Of a stretch of 64,000 nucleotides of DNA, positions 1 through 9,122 are shown in pieces. The position numbers and the translations under genes are program-made. The notes under the pieces are model-generated. The model ran no database searches. It worked only from the letters and a program-made list of their open reading frames with translations, and was not told the DNA's origin. Positions within the stretch are counted from its first letter, which is position 1. Each line of letters opens with the position of its first letter. Origin of the DNA: an uncultured Spirochaetota bacterium (GTDB lineage: Bacteria; Spirochaetota; Spirochaetia; SZUA-6; Fen-1364); contig CAVTHO010000005.1 of assembly GCA_963734545.1 (NCBI GenBank), forward strand, positions 96,001-160,000. The letters run 5' to 3'.

Positions 1-1217
1 GGGAGTAGCAGTCTTCGAGCAGCGTCTTGATCCTGCCGAGAAAAGCGGCGGCCGGCGCACCATCGATGTGACGGTGGTCGTGCGTGAGGCAGAGGCTCAT
101 GAGCTGACGGGACTCGATGCCTCCGCCCCTCGCGGAGGTCCGGAAGGCCTCCTCGATCGCACCCACGCCGAGGATCGCGCTTTCCGGGATGTTGATAAGA
201 GGAGTGAACTCCGTAATCCCGTACATGCCGAGATTGGTAATCGTGAACGTACCTCCCCGGTATTCTTCGGGCGCGAGCGTTCCTGCCCGCGCGCGGTCCG
301 CCAGCTCCCGGGCGGCTGCCGCGATCTGTCGGACGCCGAGCGTGTCCGCATCGCCGGACGACGGGCACGATGAGCCCTGCCTCCAGCGCGACCGCGATGC
401 CGATGTTGATTTCCTTCAGCAAGAGGATCCTGTCTGCCTCGATGACGGAGTTTATGAGAGGGTGCTCCCGCAGCGCCAGGGCAACGGCCCGCAGGACAAA
501 ATCGGTGTAGGAGATTTTCGGGGCGCCGCGGTACTCCGCGGATTGGGCGCCGCGGTACTCCGCGCCGTCTGCGTTCATGCGCGCGCGAAGCGACACGAGC
601 TCGGTGACATCCGCCCGTGTAATCAGCGTGACCGATGGTACCTGCTGGTGGCTGCGAAGCATCTTCTCGACTATCGCGCGCCTCATGCCGGTCAACGGCA
701 GGGAGTCTCCTTGTGCCGGGGAGAAGTCCCTCAGGCGAACTGCCCCGCCGGGGCCTGATCCGGCAACAGAGGAGAGGGCGATCCCGGTCCGGGCTGCATA
801 TGCGCGCGCAGCCGGGGTTGCCGGCGGCTTCCCGGCGGCTGCATCCGCAGGCGGCCCGGCCGAGGCAGGCGCGGAGACGGCAGGCGCGACAGCGTCTGCC
901 CCGTCCGCGGTGTCGTGAGTGCCGGCGGCCGGCATCTGGTGCGGCGGCTCTTTTTCCGGACCGGTCGGGACTTCCTCCCCCGGCACGCCGATCCACGCGA
1001 TGGTGTGCGTTGCCTTGACCACCTCGCCATCACCGTGCACGACCGCCAGCAGAGTGCCCTCGTAGTCCGACTCGAGATCCATGGTGACCTTGTCCGTCTC
1101 AATGACGGCGATCGCCTCACCCTTGGATATCCTGTCTCCCGGTTTCTTCAGCCACCGGATGACGGTCCCCTCTTCCATGGCCATTCCGGTTTTCGGCATG
1201 ATGATGCTGTGCGCCAT
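1..1217 (-). CDS. Dihydrolipoamide acyltransferase (E2) of 2-oxoacid/acetoin dehydrogenase; runs off window start; one frameshift near 355
   Basis: Manual translation: MAHSIIMPKTGMAMEEGTVIRWLKKPGD...IETDKVTM (lipoyl domain) and the C-terminal catalytic motif LTHDHRHIDGAPAAAFL. Not in the ORF track. Confidence 0.9.
   Translation of the reverse strand, partial: MAHSIIMPKTGMAMEEGTVIRWLKKPGDRISKGEAIAVIETDKVTMDLESDYEGTLLAVVHGDGEVVKATHTIAWIGVPGEEVPTGPEKEPPHQMPAAGTHDTADGADAVAPAVSAPASAGPPADAAAGKPPATPAARAYAARTGIALSSVAGSGPGGAVRLRDFSPAQGDSLPLTGMRRAIVEKMLRSHQQVPSVTLITRADVTELVSLRARMNADGAEYRGAQSAEYRGAPKISYTDFVLRAVALALREHPLINSVIEADRILLLKEINIGIAVALEAGLIVPVVRRCGHARRPTDRGSRPGAGGPRAGRNARARRIPGRYVHDYQSRHVRDYGVHSSYQHPGKRDPRRGCDRGGLPDLREGRRHRVPSAHEPLPHARPPSHRWCAGRRFSRQDQDAARRLLL
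521..564. repeat. Tandem pair of REP-like hairpins (GGGCGCCGCGGTACTCCGCG x2, 24-bp period) inside the E2 gene
   Basis: Identical 20-mers at 521-540 and 545-564; stem CGCGG/CCGCG with TACT loop. Confidence 0.75.
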
Positions 1218-1221
1218 GGTC

Positions 1222-2310
1222 CTACTCCTGCGCGGCGGGCTTCATCCGCGCGCTGGTGTCGCGAATGCGAAGCTCAGGACTGATGCGGTACACCTCGTCT
1301 GCAAAGGCTCCTCGGCTCATCGCTTCCATGGCCGTGGTCAGGACGCGCTCCGCAAGTCTGTCGAAGCAGGGATCGATGGTGGTCATTCCCATTCCCTGGG
1401 CAAGACGGGTGTTGCCGCAGCCAATCACCGAGCAATCCCTGCCGGGAATGAGGCCCGATTCACGCAGGCTGCGGGCAACACCCGCCGCTGTCTCATCGGT
1501 GGTGCAGAGGAACGCGGAGCAGTTCGGATCCCGGTCATGCATTCTCCCGGCCGCAAGGGCCCCTCCCTCGATGCCCGGCGCGCAATTTTCGATCGTACCG
1601 GTTTCCGGCGGCGCGCCCCGGGCTGCCAGTTCCTCCTCGAAACCCTGCCGCATGCCGGGACTCGCGGAGGAGAACGCGGGAGCCAGCAGAGCAATCCGTC
1701 GATGACCCAGGTCCAGAAGGTAGCGCACCGCCTTCCGCGCACCCTCTGCGTCGTCCACCACGACCTGGGGACATTGAACGGAAGAATCGGCGGAGCGGAT
1801 GACGATCGTGTTGCGCAGGGGGGCGCCGGAGTGCGCGAGGGAATCCTGGGAACCGGCAGGCTCGATGATGACGAGGGCACCGGCCTCCGCCGCCTCGCGG
1901 TAGAGGCTCTGTTCGAGCAGCACGTCGCCCCGATGGCAGGAGAAACGCACGGCAAGCGGCACCTTGCGAAGCTCCTCCTCGAGGGTTTCGAGAATATGCG
2001 CGTTTGCCTCGTCCAGGCCGGCAAACATGAGGTGCGCATACGGGAACCTGAGCGACATTCGCGGAGGTGCTGTTCGCTCCCGGGAGTAGATGACGAGGGT
2101 CCCCTTGCCGCTGTAGCGCTCGATAAAGCCTTCCAGCACGAGCTTGGCAAGGGCGTTTCTGACGGTCAGATGCGTGGTGCTGAACCTGTCCTTCAACACG
2201 CGCTCGGGCGGGAACCAGTCACCCTTTCGGTAGGCGCCGGAAAGGATCTCGTTCTTCAACTCGCTGTAGATCTTCTCGTACAGGTATCGATTGACGTCGA
2301 CCGGTTCCAT
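1222..2310 (-). CDS. GntR-family regulator with LacI-type sugar-binding domain (AraR-like)
   Basis: GntR wHTH (LYEKIYSELKNEILSG...FPPERVL...TVRNALAKLVLEG) plus a periplasmic-binding-fold C-terminus (YLLDLGHRRIA). Confidence 0.88.
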   Translation of the reverse strand: MEPVDVNRYLYEKIYSELKNEILSGAYRKGDWFPPERVLKDRFSTTHLTVRNALAKLVLEGFIERYSGKGTLVIYSRERTAPPRMSLRFPYAHLMFAGLDEANAHILETLEEELRKVPLAVRFSCHRGDVLLEQSLYREAAEAGALVIIEPAGSQDSLAHSGAPLRNTIVIRSADSSVQCPQVVVDDAEGARKAVRYLLDLGHRRIALLAPAFSSASPGMRQGFEEELAARGAPPETGTIENCAPGIEGGALAAGRMHDRDPNCSAFLCTTDETAAGVARSLRESGLIPGRDCSVIGCGNTRLAQGMGMTTIDPCFDRLAERVLTTAMEAMSRGAFADEVYRISPELRIRDTSARMKPAAQE

Positions 2311-2446
2311 GGACCTGCCGCTTTGCGCAACTGCAGGGCGCGGCGCCTGTCGTTTCAAGAAGCGCTCCTCCTGGGCTGCAGTGCCGGTGGCTTCACGAGG
2401 CGTCTCAAAGGTCCTTTGCCAGGTCGCGTTTTCCGCATGGTTATTC

Positions 2447-2664
2447 CTCTATCCGCTATATATATTATCACCGAGTTAGTCAACAGGCAGGACTCGCCAG
2501 ATAATGTCCCGGCTCGAGATGTTTCTTGATGCGTAAAGATGTTTTGATATAATTAATTATATTAAATATAGTTACAAATCAGAAGATTTTTATGAGAAAT
2601 AGTTTTGAAAACCAGAAACTCCCTGTTGACAAGATTGACCCTATGCTTTATATAGCGCTATATA
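2447..2664. promoter_or_regulatory. Divergent sigma70-like promoters with palindromic operator TATATAGCGCTATATA (2649-2664)
   Basis: TTGACA at 2626, 17-bp spacer, TATATA on +; TTGACT at 2483-2478 on -; AT-rich; perfect 16-bp palindrome. Confidence 0.6.
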
Positions 2665-2682
2665 CGGTGGAGGTGACAAAAC

Positions 2683-3448
2683 ATGGATCTGGGTTTGAAA
2701 GGAAAAACCGCCATCGTGACAGGCGGGGGAACGGGGATCGGCGCGGGGATCTGCGAAGCCCTCGCCCAGGAAGGGGTGAATGTCGCCGTCAACTGGATCG
2801 TCGGAAAGGACGAGGTCGATGGCGTTCGCCGCGGACCTGTCGAAGAAGTACGGGACCGACTGCCGGCCTTTCTATGCCGACATCTCGAAGGCGGAAGACC
2901 TGGACGCGATGGTGAAGGACGTCATCGCGGCATACGGTCACATCGACATCCTCGTCAACAACGCGGGAATCTGGCCTACCGAGAACATCCTGGACATGTC
3001 GGACGGCAACTGGGAAAAGGTCATCAGGATCAACCTCAACGGTCCCTTCATGCTCTGCAAGCGTGTGGCTCAGCACATGGTGTCCGCGGGGATCAAGGGC
3101 AGCATCATCAACCTCTCTTCGAAGTCCGGTCTCACGTACAACACGGCGGGCCACGCTCATTACGCCTCGGCAAAGGCCGCGATCAACATGATGACAAAGA
3201 CCCTGGCCCGCGAGCTGCTCCCGCACGGGATCCGCACGAACGCGATCGCCCCGGGCATGGTCCGCACCCCGATCAACGAGGACAAGTGGACCGATCCCGA
3301 GCTGAAGAAGGCGTACGAGGCGCGGATCCCGTCCGGCCGGTTCGCCCAGCCCGTCGAGATCGGCTATACTGTCGCGTTTCTCGCTTCGGAGAAGTCATTC
3401 AACATCATGGGCACGGTGATCGACATCACCGGCGGAATGCTCATATAG
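2683..3448 (+). CDS. SDR-family oxidoreductase (FabG-like); +1 frameshift near 2817
   Basis: TGGGTGIG motif in the 2683 frame; NNAG, YASAK and NAIAPG in the 2780 frame; total length 3n+1. Confidence 0.88.
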
Positions 3449-3460
3449 GGCGCCGCACGT

Positions 3461-4141
3461 ATGAAGATGATCGTCCCATCGATCCTCTCGGCGGACTTCA
3501 CCCGCCTGGGCGACGAGCTCAGGGCCGTTGAGAGCGCCGGAGCGGACTGGATCCACGTCGATGTGATGGACGGGCATTTCGTGCCCAACCTCACCATGGG
3601 GCCGATGACCGTGCAGGCAGTCCGCACGGTCACGGCGCTGCCCATCGACGTCCACCTGATGATCGACAACCCGGACGGGTTCATCGAAGAGTTCGCCGCG
3701 GCCGGCGCGACCCATATCAGCGTGCACGCCGAATCGGTCAGGCATCTCAACCGGTCGCTCCAGCTCGTGCGGAGCTGCGGCGCGCATCCGGGCATTGCGC
3801 TGGGGCCCGCGGCGCCCCTTTCGCTCCTGGAGTGGTCCCTGGACTACGCCGACTACGTGCTCCTTCTTGCCGTGAATCCCGGGTTCGGCGGGCAGGAATT
3901 CCAGCCCGCTGTGCTGGACAAGATCCGGGCGTTTCGCAGGGAGCTCGCGCGACGGGGGCTCTCCACGATCGTGGAGTCCGACGGCGGCATCAACGAGCGG
4001 ACGATCGCGGAGTTCGCCGCGGCCGGGGTGGATGTGTTCGTGGTCGGCTCGGCGCTGTTCGGCACCACGGACTATCCCGCCGCCTTCGCCCGGCTGCGCG
4101 GCGAAGTGGAACGTGGTATAAAGTCCATGGGAACACCATGA
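3461..4141 (+). CDS. rpe: Ribulose-phosphate 3-epimerase
   Basis: PSILSADF, HVDVMDGHFVPNLT, VNPGFGGQ and DGGIN motifs. Confidence 0.95.
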   Translation: MKMIVPSILSADFTRLGDELRAVESAGADWIHVDVMDGHFVPNLTMGPMTVQAVRTVTALPIDVHLMIDNPDGFIEEFAAAGATHISVHAESVRHLNRSLQLVRSCGAHPGIALGPAAPLSLLEWSLDYADYVLLLAVNPGFGGQEFQPAVLDKIRAFRRELARRGLSTIVESDGGINERTIAEFAAAGVDVFVVGSALFGTTDYPAAFARLRGEVERGIKSMGTP

Positions 4142-5004
4142 TCACCCTCACCAATGGACTCTGGGGCGCACGTATTGCGGAAATGGGCGCGGAGCTGAAA
4201 AGCCTGATGAACCTCTCCACGGGTCAGGAATACATGTGGAACGGCGACCCGGCCTGGTGGAACGGCTCCGCTCCCGTTCTCTTCCCCGTCATCGGAGGAC
4301 TGAAGGCCGGGGAGTACCGGCATGAAGGCAAATCGTACAAGCTGCCCTCGCATGGCTTTGCCCGCGGCAGCGAGTTCGCCGTTACCCACACAGGGGGAGA
4401 TTCGGCCGAGCTCGCCCTTTTGTCCAGCGCGAAGACCCGCGAGGGATATCCCTTCGAGTTCCTCCTTGCGGTCTCCTTCCAGCTCGAGCGCGCGGGAATC
4501 ACCGTCCGCTACAGTGTGACGAACACCGGCATCGCGCGCATGTATTTCTCCATTGGCTCGCACCCGGCTTTCGTCGTTCCTTTCGCCGGCGGAGTGCTGG
4601 AAAACTACTACGTGCTGTTCGAGCAGGAGGAGAATCTCGAGCGGTGGTTTTTCAATGACGGCATGGTAACGGCCGGAAAGACCGAGGAGGTGTTCGAGAA
4701 CAGCAGGACGCTCAGCCTGTCCCGCACGATGTTCGACCAGGGCATCATGATCTTCAAGCACCCCGTTTCACGCGAGTTCACCATCGCGAACAGCCGAAAC
4801 ACCCACGCCCTCACAGTGGCAACCGACGGCGTGCCCTACGTGGGAATCTGGTCGAAGCCGGGTGCCCCGTTCCTGTGCATCGAGCCCTGGCACGGAATTC
4901 CCGACATGAGCGACACCTCGGGCAACATCGTGGACAAGGAAGGCATTCTCAGCCTGGAGCCGCGCGCCGCATTCACGACAGGCTACAGGGTACAGATCGT
5001 CTGA
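4138..5004 (+). CDS. Aldose 1-epimerase family protein (LacX-like)
   Basis: GAELKSL, PVLFP, HGFAR, HPAF and FLCIEPWHG motifs; ATGA overlap with rpe. Confidence 0.9.
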   Translation: MITLTNGLWGARIAEMGAELKSLMNLSTGQEYMWNGDPAWWNGSAPVLFPVIGGLKAGEYRHEGKSYKLPSHGFARGSEFAVTHTGGDSAELALLSSAKTREGYPFEFLLAVSFQLERAGITVRYSVTNTGIARMYFSIGSHPAFVVPFAGGVLENYYVLFEQEENLERWFFNDGMVTAGKTEEVFENSRTLSLSRTMFDQGIMIFKHPVSREFTIANSRNTHALTVATDGVPYVGIWSKPGAPFLCIEPWHGIPDMSDTSGNIVDKEGILSLEPRAAFTTGYRVQIV

Positions 5005-5088
5005 CGGATCCCTTCCGCGCTGGCGCGGAGTCAGGCTCGCCGTGCATCAATTGACTCCCGCGGTGGTATCCGCATACATTTTCGGGCC

Positions 5089-5395
5089 ATGGCAGTGCAG
5101 AAATCACGGAGGTTCGCGCGGCAGGTGGAGGAAGTGCTCGAGACCTTCGATTTCGAGCGCGTCCACCGCGTGATGGAATCTCTTTCGTGGACCTGGGCCA
5201 ACCTCGACCGGGTGCCGACCCGGGACAGAGCTCGCAGCTGAAGCCCGCAGGCTGCTCGCGGAGCTGGACGGCAAGCCCGGCGTTCTCGGCAGCGGCGGGC
5301 TTCGCGCGAGCTACAAGGAAGACGGCACTCTCAGCCTGAAGTTCATCCTGTGCGAGAGCTGGTCCGACCTGAACGAGGATTCCCCCGCTCGATAG
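5089..5395 (+). CDS. Small hypothetical protein (~101 aa), +1 frameshift near 5227
   Basis: Manual translation MAVQKSRRFARQVEEVLETFDFERVHRVMESLSWTW...PTRD/ELAAEARRLL...GSGGLRASYKEDGTLSLKFIL...; genome-like codon usage. Confidence 0.65.
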
Positions 5396-5414
5396 CACCG
5401 CCCCCCATCCCTGC

Positions 5415-5443
5415 TTGACATTTTTACCAGTAGAATGTAATTT
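5415..5443 (+). promoter_or_regulatory. Sigma70-like promoter of the IclR gene
   Basis: TTGACA-17 bp-TAATTT. Confidence 0.55.
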
Positions 5444-5464
5444 GTTTAATAACAGGAAGAGATA

Positions 5465-6328
5465 ATGAAAGACCGTGCCCGCATCAAGACTCCCGTTCGC
5501 ACGTATTCGGCCCCTGCCGTGGACAGGACTCTCGATATTCTCGAGTTCATGGCGCTCCATCCCCGGCCCTACGGGGCAACGGAGCTCTCCCGGTGCCTGA
5601 AGATCCCGATGAACTCCGTGTTCCGTATTCTGAAAAGGCTCACCGACAGGGAATATACGGCGCAGGATCCCCTCTCCGACGGCTATCAGCTCAGCACGAA
5701 GGTCTTCTCCCTTGGAATGAGCCTCTACACCCGGTTCGAGCTTCGCCAGCGTGCGCGGCCGCACCTCGAATGGCTGAGCCGTGAAACGGAGGAGACCTGC
5801 CAGCTGCAGATCCCGCGCGGTGACAGGGTGCTGGTCCTGGACACGGTGAGCCCCGAGGTCTCCTACTACATTCGGATCGTTCCGGGCGGCCTGGTCTACT
5901 ATCACCCGAATGCGTATGGAAAGGTCATGCTCGCCTTCATCTCCGAGGAGGCAATCAAGAAGATCATCCCCCCTCGCCTGCCGTCATTGACGCCGCACAC
6001 GATCCTGCTGCGGACTGAGTTGATGAGGCAGCTCGAGGAAGTGAGAAAAACCGGCCTGGGCTACGACAACGAGGAATACAACGAGGGAATACGCTGCATC
6101 GGCTCTCCCGTCTTCGACGTGGAAGGAAGAGTCGTGGCCGGCCTCGGCGTATCAGGCCTTGTCAGCACTTTCCACAGCAATCGGCAGGAGACCTTCGAGC
6201 AGCTCGTCCTCGAGTGCGCCTACCGGGTGTCCAAGGACATCGGATACTCGGGCGACTACTTCGCCGACAAAATCGGCCACCCTATCACCAATCAGCTCCG
6301 CCGCAGCGCCGCAGCCGGCGGATTGTAG
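5465..6328 (+). CDS. IclR-family transcriptional regulator
   Basis: APAVDRTLDILE HTH start; C-terminal DNEEYNEGIRCIGSPVFD. Confidence 0.93.
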   Translation: MKDRARIKTPVRTYSAPAVDRTLDILEFMALHPRPYGATELSRCLKIPMNSVFRILKRLTDREYTAQDPLSDGYQLSTKVFSLGMSLYTRFELRQRARPHLEWLSRETEETCQLQIPRGDRVLVLDTVSPEVSYYIRIVPGGLVYYHPNAYGKVMLAFISEEAIKKIIPPRLPSLTPHTILLRTELMRQLEEVRKTGLGYDNEEYNEGIRCIGSPVFDVEGRVVAGLGVSGLVSTFHSNRQETFEQLVLECAYRVSKDIGYSGDYFADKIGHPITNQLRRSAAAGGL

Positions 6329-6384
6329 CGCCACCGTATCCGGTGGATTCTGGGCGCCATCGTATCCGGTGGATTCTGGGCGCC
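6325..6384. repeat. GTAG-headed REP-like doublet, 26-bp period, between convergent genes
   Basis: GCGCCA(C/T)CGTATCCGGTGGATTCTGG x2; stem CCACCG/CGGTGG. Confidence 0.75.
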
Positions 6385-6395
6385 CGACCGATACA

Positions 6396-7436
6396 TCAGG
6401 CACGGATCGGGTAGGTCCCGTACTCCTTCAGTGTGTGAAGCAGAGCCAGGTAGTTCTCGGGCTTCACCGAGGAATGGATCGAATTGCTCGAAGAAAGGAT
6501 GAATCCGCCTCCCGGCGCACCGACGCGAAGAGCGTCCCGTGTCGCGGCCGCCACCTGCTCGGGAGTCCCGAGAGTCATGAGATGGGAGCAGTCCACGTTT
6601 CCCTTCAGAGCGATACGGCTCCCGAACCTTGCCTTCACCTCGCCGAGGTCCATGCCCGCAATCGGGTCGATGGGATCCAGGCAGTCGATACCGGAATCCA
6701 CGATCATGTCGATGAGGGGCCAGATCATGCCGTCGGTGTGCTTGATCACGCGGAGGCCCAGGTCCTTGTACCCCTGCATGACCCGGCAGAGGCCCGGATA
6801 GAAAAGCCGGCGGAAATGTGCGGGGGACATCAGCGGCCCCGTGCCCCCTGCAAAGTCGTCTCCCGTGTAGACGATCCGGACCCCGCGGGCGGCGACTTCC
6901 CTCGCCATCGCCAGGTTGACATCAACGGACATCGTGACCAGGGCGATGACCAGCTCAGGCTCCGCGGCAATGGCCATGAGGAGGTTTTCGTAGCCCATCA
7001 GGTATCGGGGAATGGAGAAGACATCGTTGAGGTGGACGATGACGGCGTGGGTCTTTCCGTATTCCGCCAGGGTCTTCTCGATAGCCGCATACCGGCCCGC
7101 CGCATGTGGATCCGGCGGCGCATAGCGGGAGAAATCTTCCATGGACTGGATGGGGGAATCCACTTCGACCCCGTGCTCCTCTTCGGATTCCTGGATCGTG
7201 TACCCCCATTCGGTTCGCCATTGGCCGGGAGCCGCCTGAGCACGGGAGAAATCGGGATCCGCAAGCACGGCGTCGAGCCCCATCCTCGCGGCGAACTCGT
7301 TCAAGGACCGGCACCCGGGCGCAAGCGCGGCGCGCACCTTCCTGTCGATGCTCCACTCGAAGTGCGGCACCCGGTCCGGTTCCTCGCGCGCCAGCACCCG
7401 CAGGATTCGTTCTTTTCCCGATAACTCGGCCCTCAC
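6396..7436 (-). CDS. Uroporphyrinogen decarboxylase/MtaA-like (URO-D superfamily) protein
   Basis: ERILRVLAREEPDRVP, YTGDDFAG...LMSP, KHTDG, LKGNVD and GGGFILSSSNSIH motifs; GGAGG RBS before the GTG. Confidence 0.85.
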   Translation of the reverse strand: MRAELSGKERILRVLAREEPDRVPHFEWSIDRKVRAALAPGCRSLNEFAARMGLDAVLADPDFSRAQAAPGQWRTEWGYTIQESEEEHGVEVDSPIQSMEDFSRYAPPDPHAAGRYAAIEKTLAEYGKTHAVIVHLNDVFSIPRYLMGYENLLMAIAAEPELVIALVTMSVDVNLAMAREVAARGVRIVYTGDDFAGGTGPLMSPAHFRRLFYPGLCRVMQGYKDLGLRVIKHTDGMIWPLIDMIVDSGIDCLDPIDPIAGMDLGEVKARFGSRIALKGNVDCSHLMTLGTPEQVAAATRDALRVGAPGGGFILSSSNSIHSSVKPENYLALLHTLKEYGTYPIRA

Positions 7437-7594
7437 GGATCTACCTCCCTCCGGGCATCTGCGCCCCGTCAAAAGCACCCTATCAAATTCTATTTTTTTT
7501 GTAAAATTCTATTTGACAAATACCATTTGATATGTAATAGTGTCAAGTGCCGTGAATCGTGCATTCACATGAGATGAGTCAGGGAGGTGTTTCG

Positions 7595-8344
7595 ATGAGC
7601 GAATCGCTAAAAGGAAAAGTCGCGGTCATTTCCGGCGTCGGCTCGGGCTTCGCGAAAGCAACGGCGGAGCTTTTCGCCCGCGAGGACCAGGTAAGCCTCG
7701 TCATGTTCGACATCAATGAAACCGGCTTGAAGGCAACGGCCGCCGCGTGCGAAGCAGCGGGCTCAAAAGTGGTCGCATTCAAGGGCGACGTGACCAGGCC
7801 GGAGACATTCACCCGGGCGCTGAAGGAGTGCCTGGACAACTTCGGCCATGTCGATTTCCTCATTAATTACGCGGGTGGCGCCGTGAAGGTCGCCCCGATC
7901 GAGGAGATGGACGATGCGGTCAACCGCACGATCATCGACCTGAACCTCACCAGCACGATCATGAGCTGCCGCACCTTCACGCCCCAGTTCAAGAAGCAGG
8001 GCTTCGGCAAGATCATCAATGTCTCCAGCGCCTGCGACCGCCGCTCGTGGCCGGGGTGGTCGGTATATTCGGCGGCCAAGGCAGGCGTCAACGCCTTCAC
8101 CAAGTGCCTCTATACCGAGCTTCGTCCCGCGGGCATCGCGGTCACGCTCCTGGTGCCCGGCGGCTCGAATACCGGCTTCCAGAAAGCGGCGCACGGTGTG
8201 AACAAGTTCGAGTGGGACGAGTCCCTTGCGGTCCGTCCGGAACACTTTGCCGACATGGTCTACCAGACCTGCGCGCTTTCGAGAGGCGGGTGCGTGTCGG
8301 AGATGCTCGTCTACGGCCTGGCCCAGGACGTGAGCGGGTTCTGA
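7595..8344 (+). CDS. SDR-family oxidoreductase
   Basis: SGVGSGFA Rossmann motif, GKIINVSS and YSAAK. Confidence 0.9.
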   Translation: MSESLKGKVAVISGVGSGFAKATAELFAREDQVSLVMFDINETGLKATAAACEAAGSKVVAFKGDVTRPETFTRALKECLDNFGHVDFLINYAGGAVKVAPIEEMDDAVNRTIIDLNLTSTIMSCRTFTPQFKKQGFGKIINVSSACDRRSWPGWSVYSAAKAGVNAFTKCLYTELRPAGIAVTLLVPGGSNTGFQKAAHGVNKFEWDESLAVRPEHFADMVYQTCALSRGGCVSEMLVYGLAQDVSGF

Positions 8345-8345
8345 C

Positions 8346-8855
8346 ATGAAACAGATCACGTACAAGAATCTGAGCTCCGAAGGATTCGCCAGGTACGGAA
8401 CCTACGCGCGCATGATCAATCCCGTAGGTCCCCGGCTGGGAGCGGAGCCGATCGAGTTCTTCCGGGACATGGTGCAGTCCCAGCTGGGAAGTGTGCCGGT
8501 GGCCTCCTTCGGGGTCTGTCGGGTCGTGAAGCGCCCCTTTGTGATGGACGTGTCGGAGTACCACGATACCTGTTGCGAAGTCGTCCTTCCTCTGGACGGA
8601 GACGTCCTGATGCACGTAGCGCCGGCAGTCCCCGAAAAGGAGTTCCCTTTCGACCAGGCCGAAGTGTTCCTGGTGCCCCGAGGGACGCTCTGCTGCCTGA
8701 GGCCCGGCGTCTGGCATCACGCGCCCTATGCATTTCACTCGGACGTGGTGAATTGCCTGGTCGCGCTGCCGGAGCGGACGTACATGAACGACTGCAAGGT
8801 CTACGCGTTCCCCGCGGACAGGCACGTGAGCATTTCCGGCGAGGGGGTGCGGTAG
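8346..8855 (+). CDS. Ureidoglycolate lyase (AllA)-like cupin
   Basis: LSSEGFARYG, EYH...E and LRPGVWHHAP motifs. Confidence 0.7.
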   Translation: MKQITYKNLSSEGFARYGTYARMINPVGPRLGAEPIEFFRDMVQSQLGSVPVASFGVCRVVKRPFVMDVSEYHDTCCEVVLPLDGDVLMHVAPAVPEKEFPFDQAEVFLVPRGTLCCLRPGVWHHAPYAFHSDVVNCLVALPERTYMNDCKVYAFPADRHVSISGEGVR

Positions 8856-8911
8856 AAAGAGAAGACGAGAACTTTAAAGCGTGAACGGTGCGGTGCACCG
8901 GCATAGTCAAA

Positions 8912-8936
8912 TAATTTATTTCCTGGCAATAAATTA
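8912..8936. promoter_or_regulatory. Inverted repeat TAATTTATT-N7-AATAAATTA, candidate operator of the ABC operon
   Basis: Perfect 9-bp arms in an AT-rich intergenic region upstream of TTGACA (8967). Confidence 0.5.
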
Positions 8937-9122
8937 CCTGATTTGATATTTGAAATGATATTTTTCTTGACAAATGGAGTCGGGTGCCGCAAAATATTGG
9001 GACCATCAGCCAGGAAGTGAAGGGGGGCGAGCAGAGCACAAGGAAGGCTTGATTCAAGAAGTGAAATGGAAAATGTGCGAGGTCTTGTTTTTCACACACA
9101 TATTGAGGAAGGGAGAAGAGAG

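Noticed and set aside
6328-6384. 26-bp palindromic repeats as a mini-CRISPR
   Set aside because: Only two abutting copies with no spacer; they fit a REP-like doublet.
6396-7436. hemE assignment
   Set aside because: It lacks the HemE RQAGR motif and heme-pathway context; only the superfamily is supportable.
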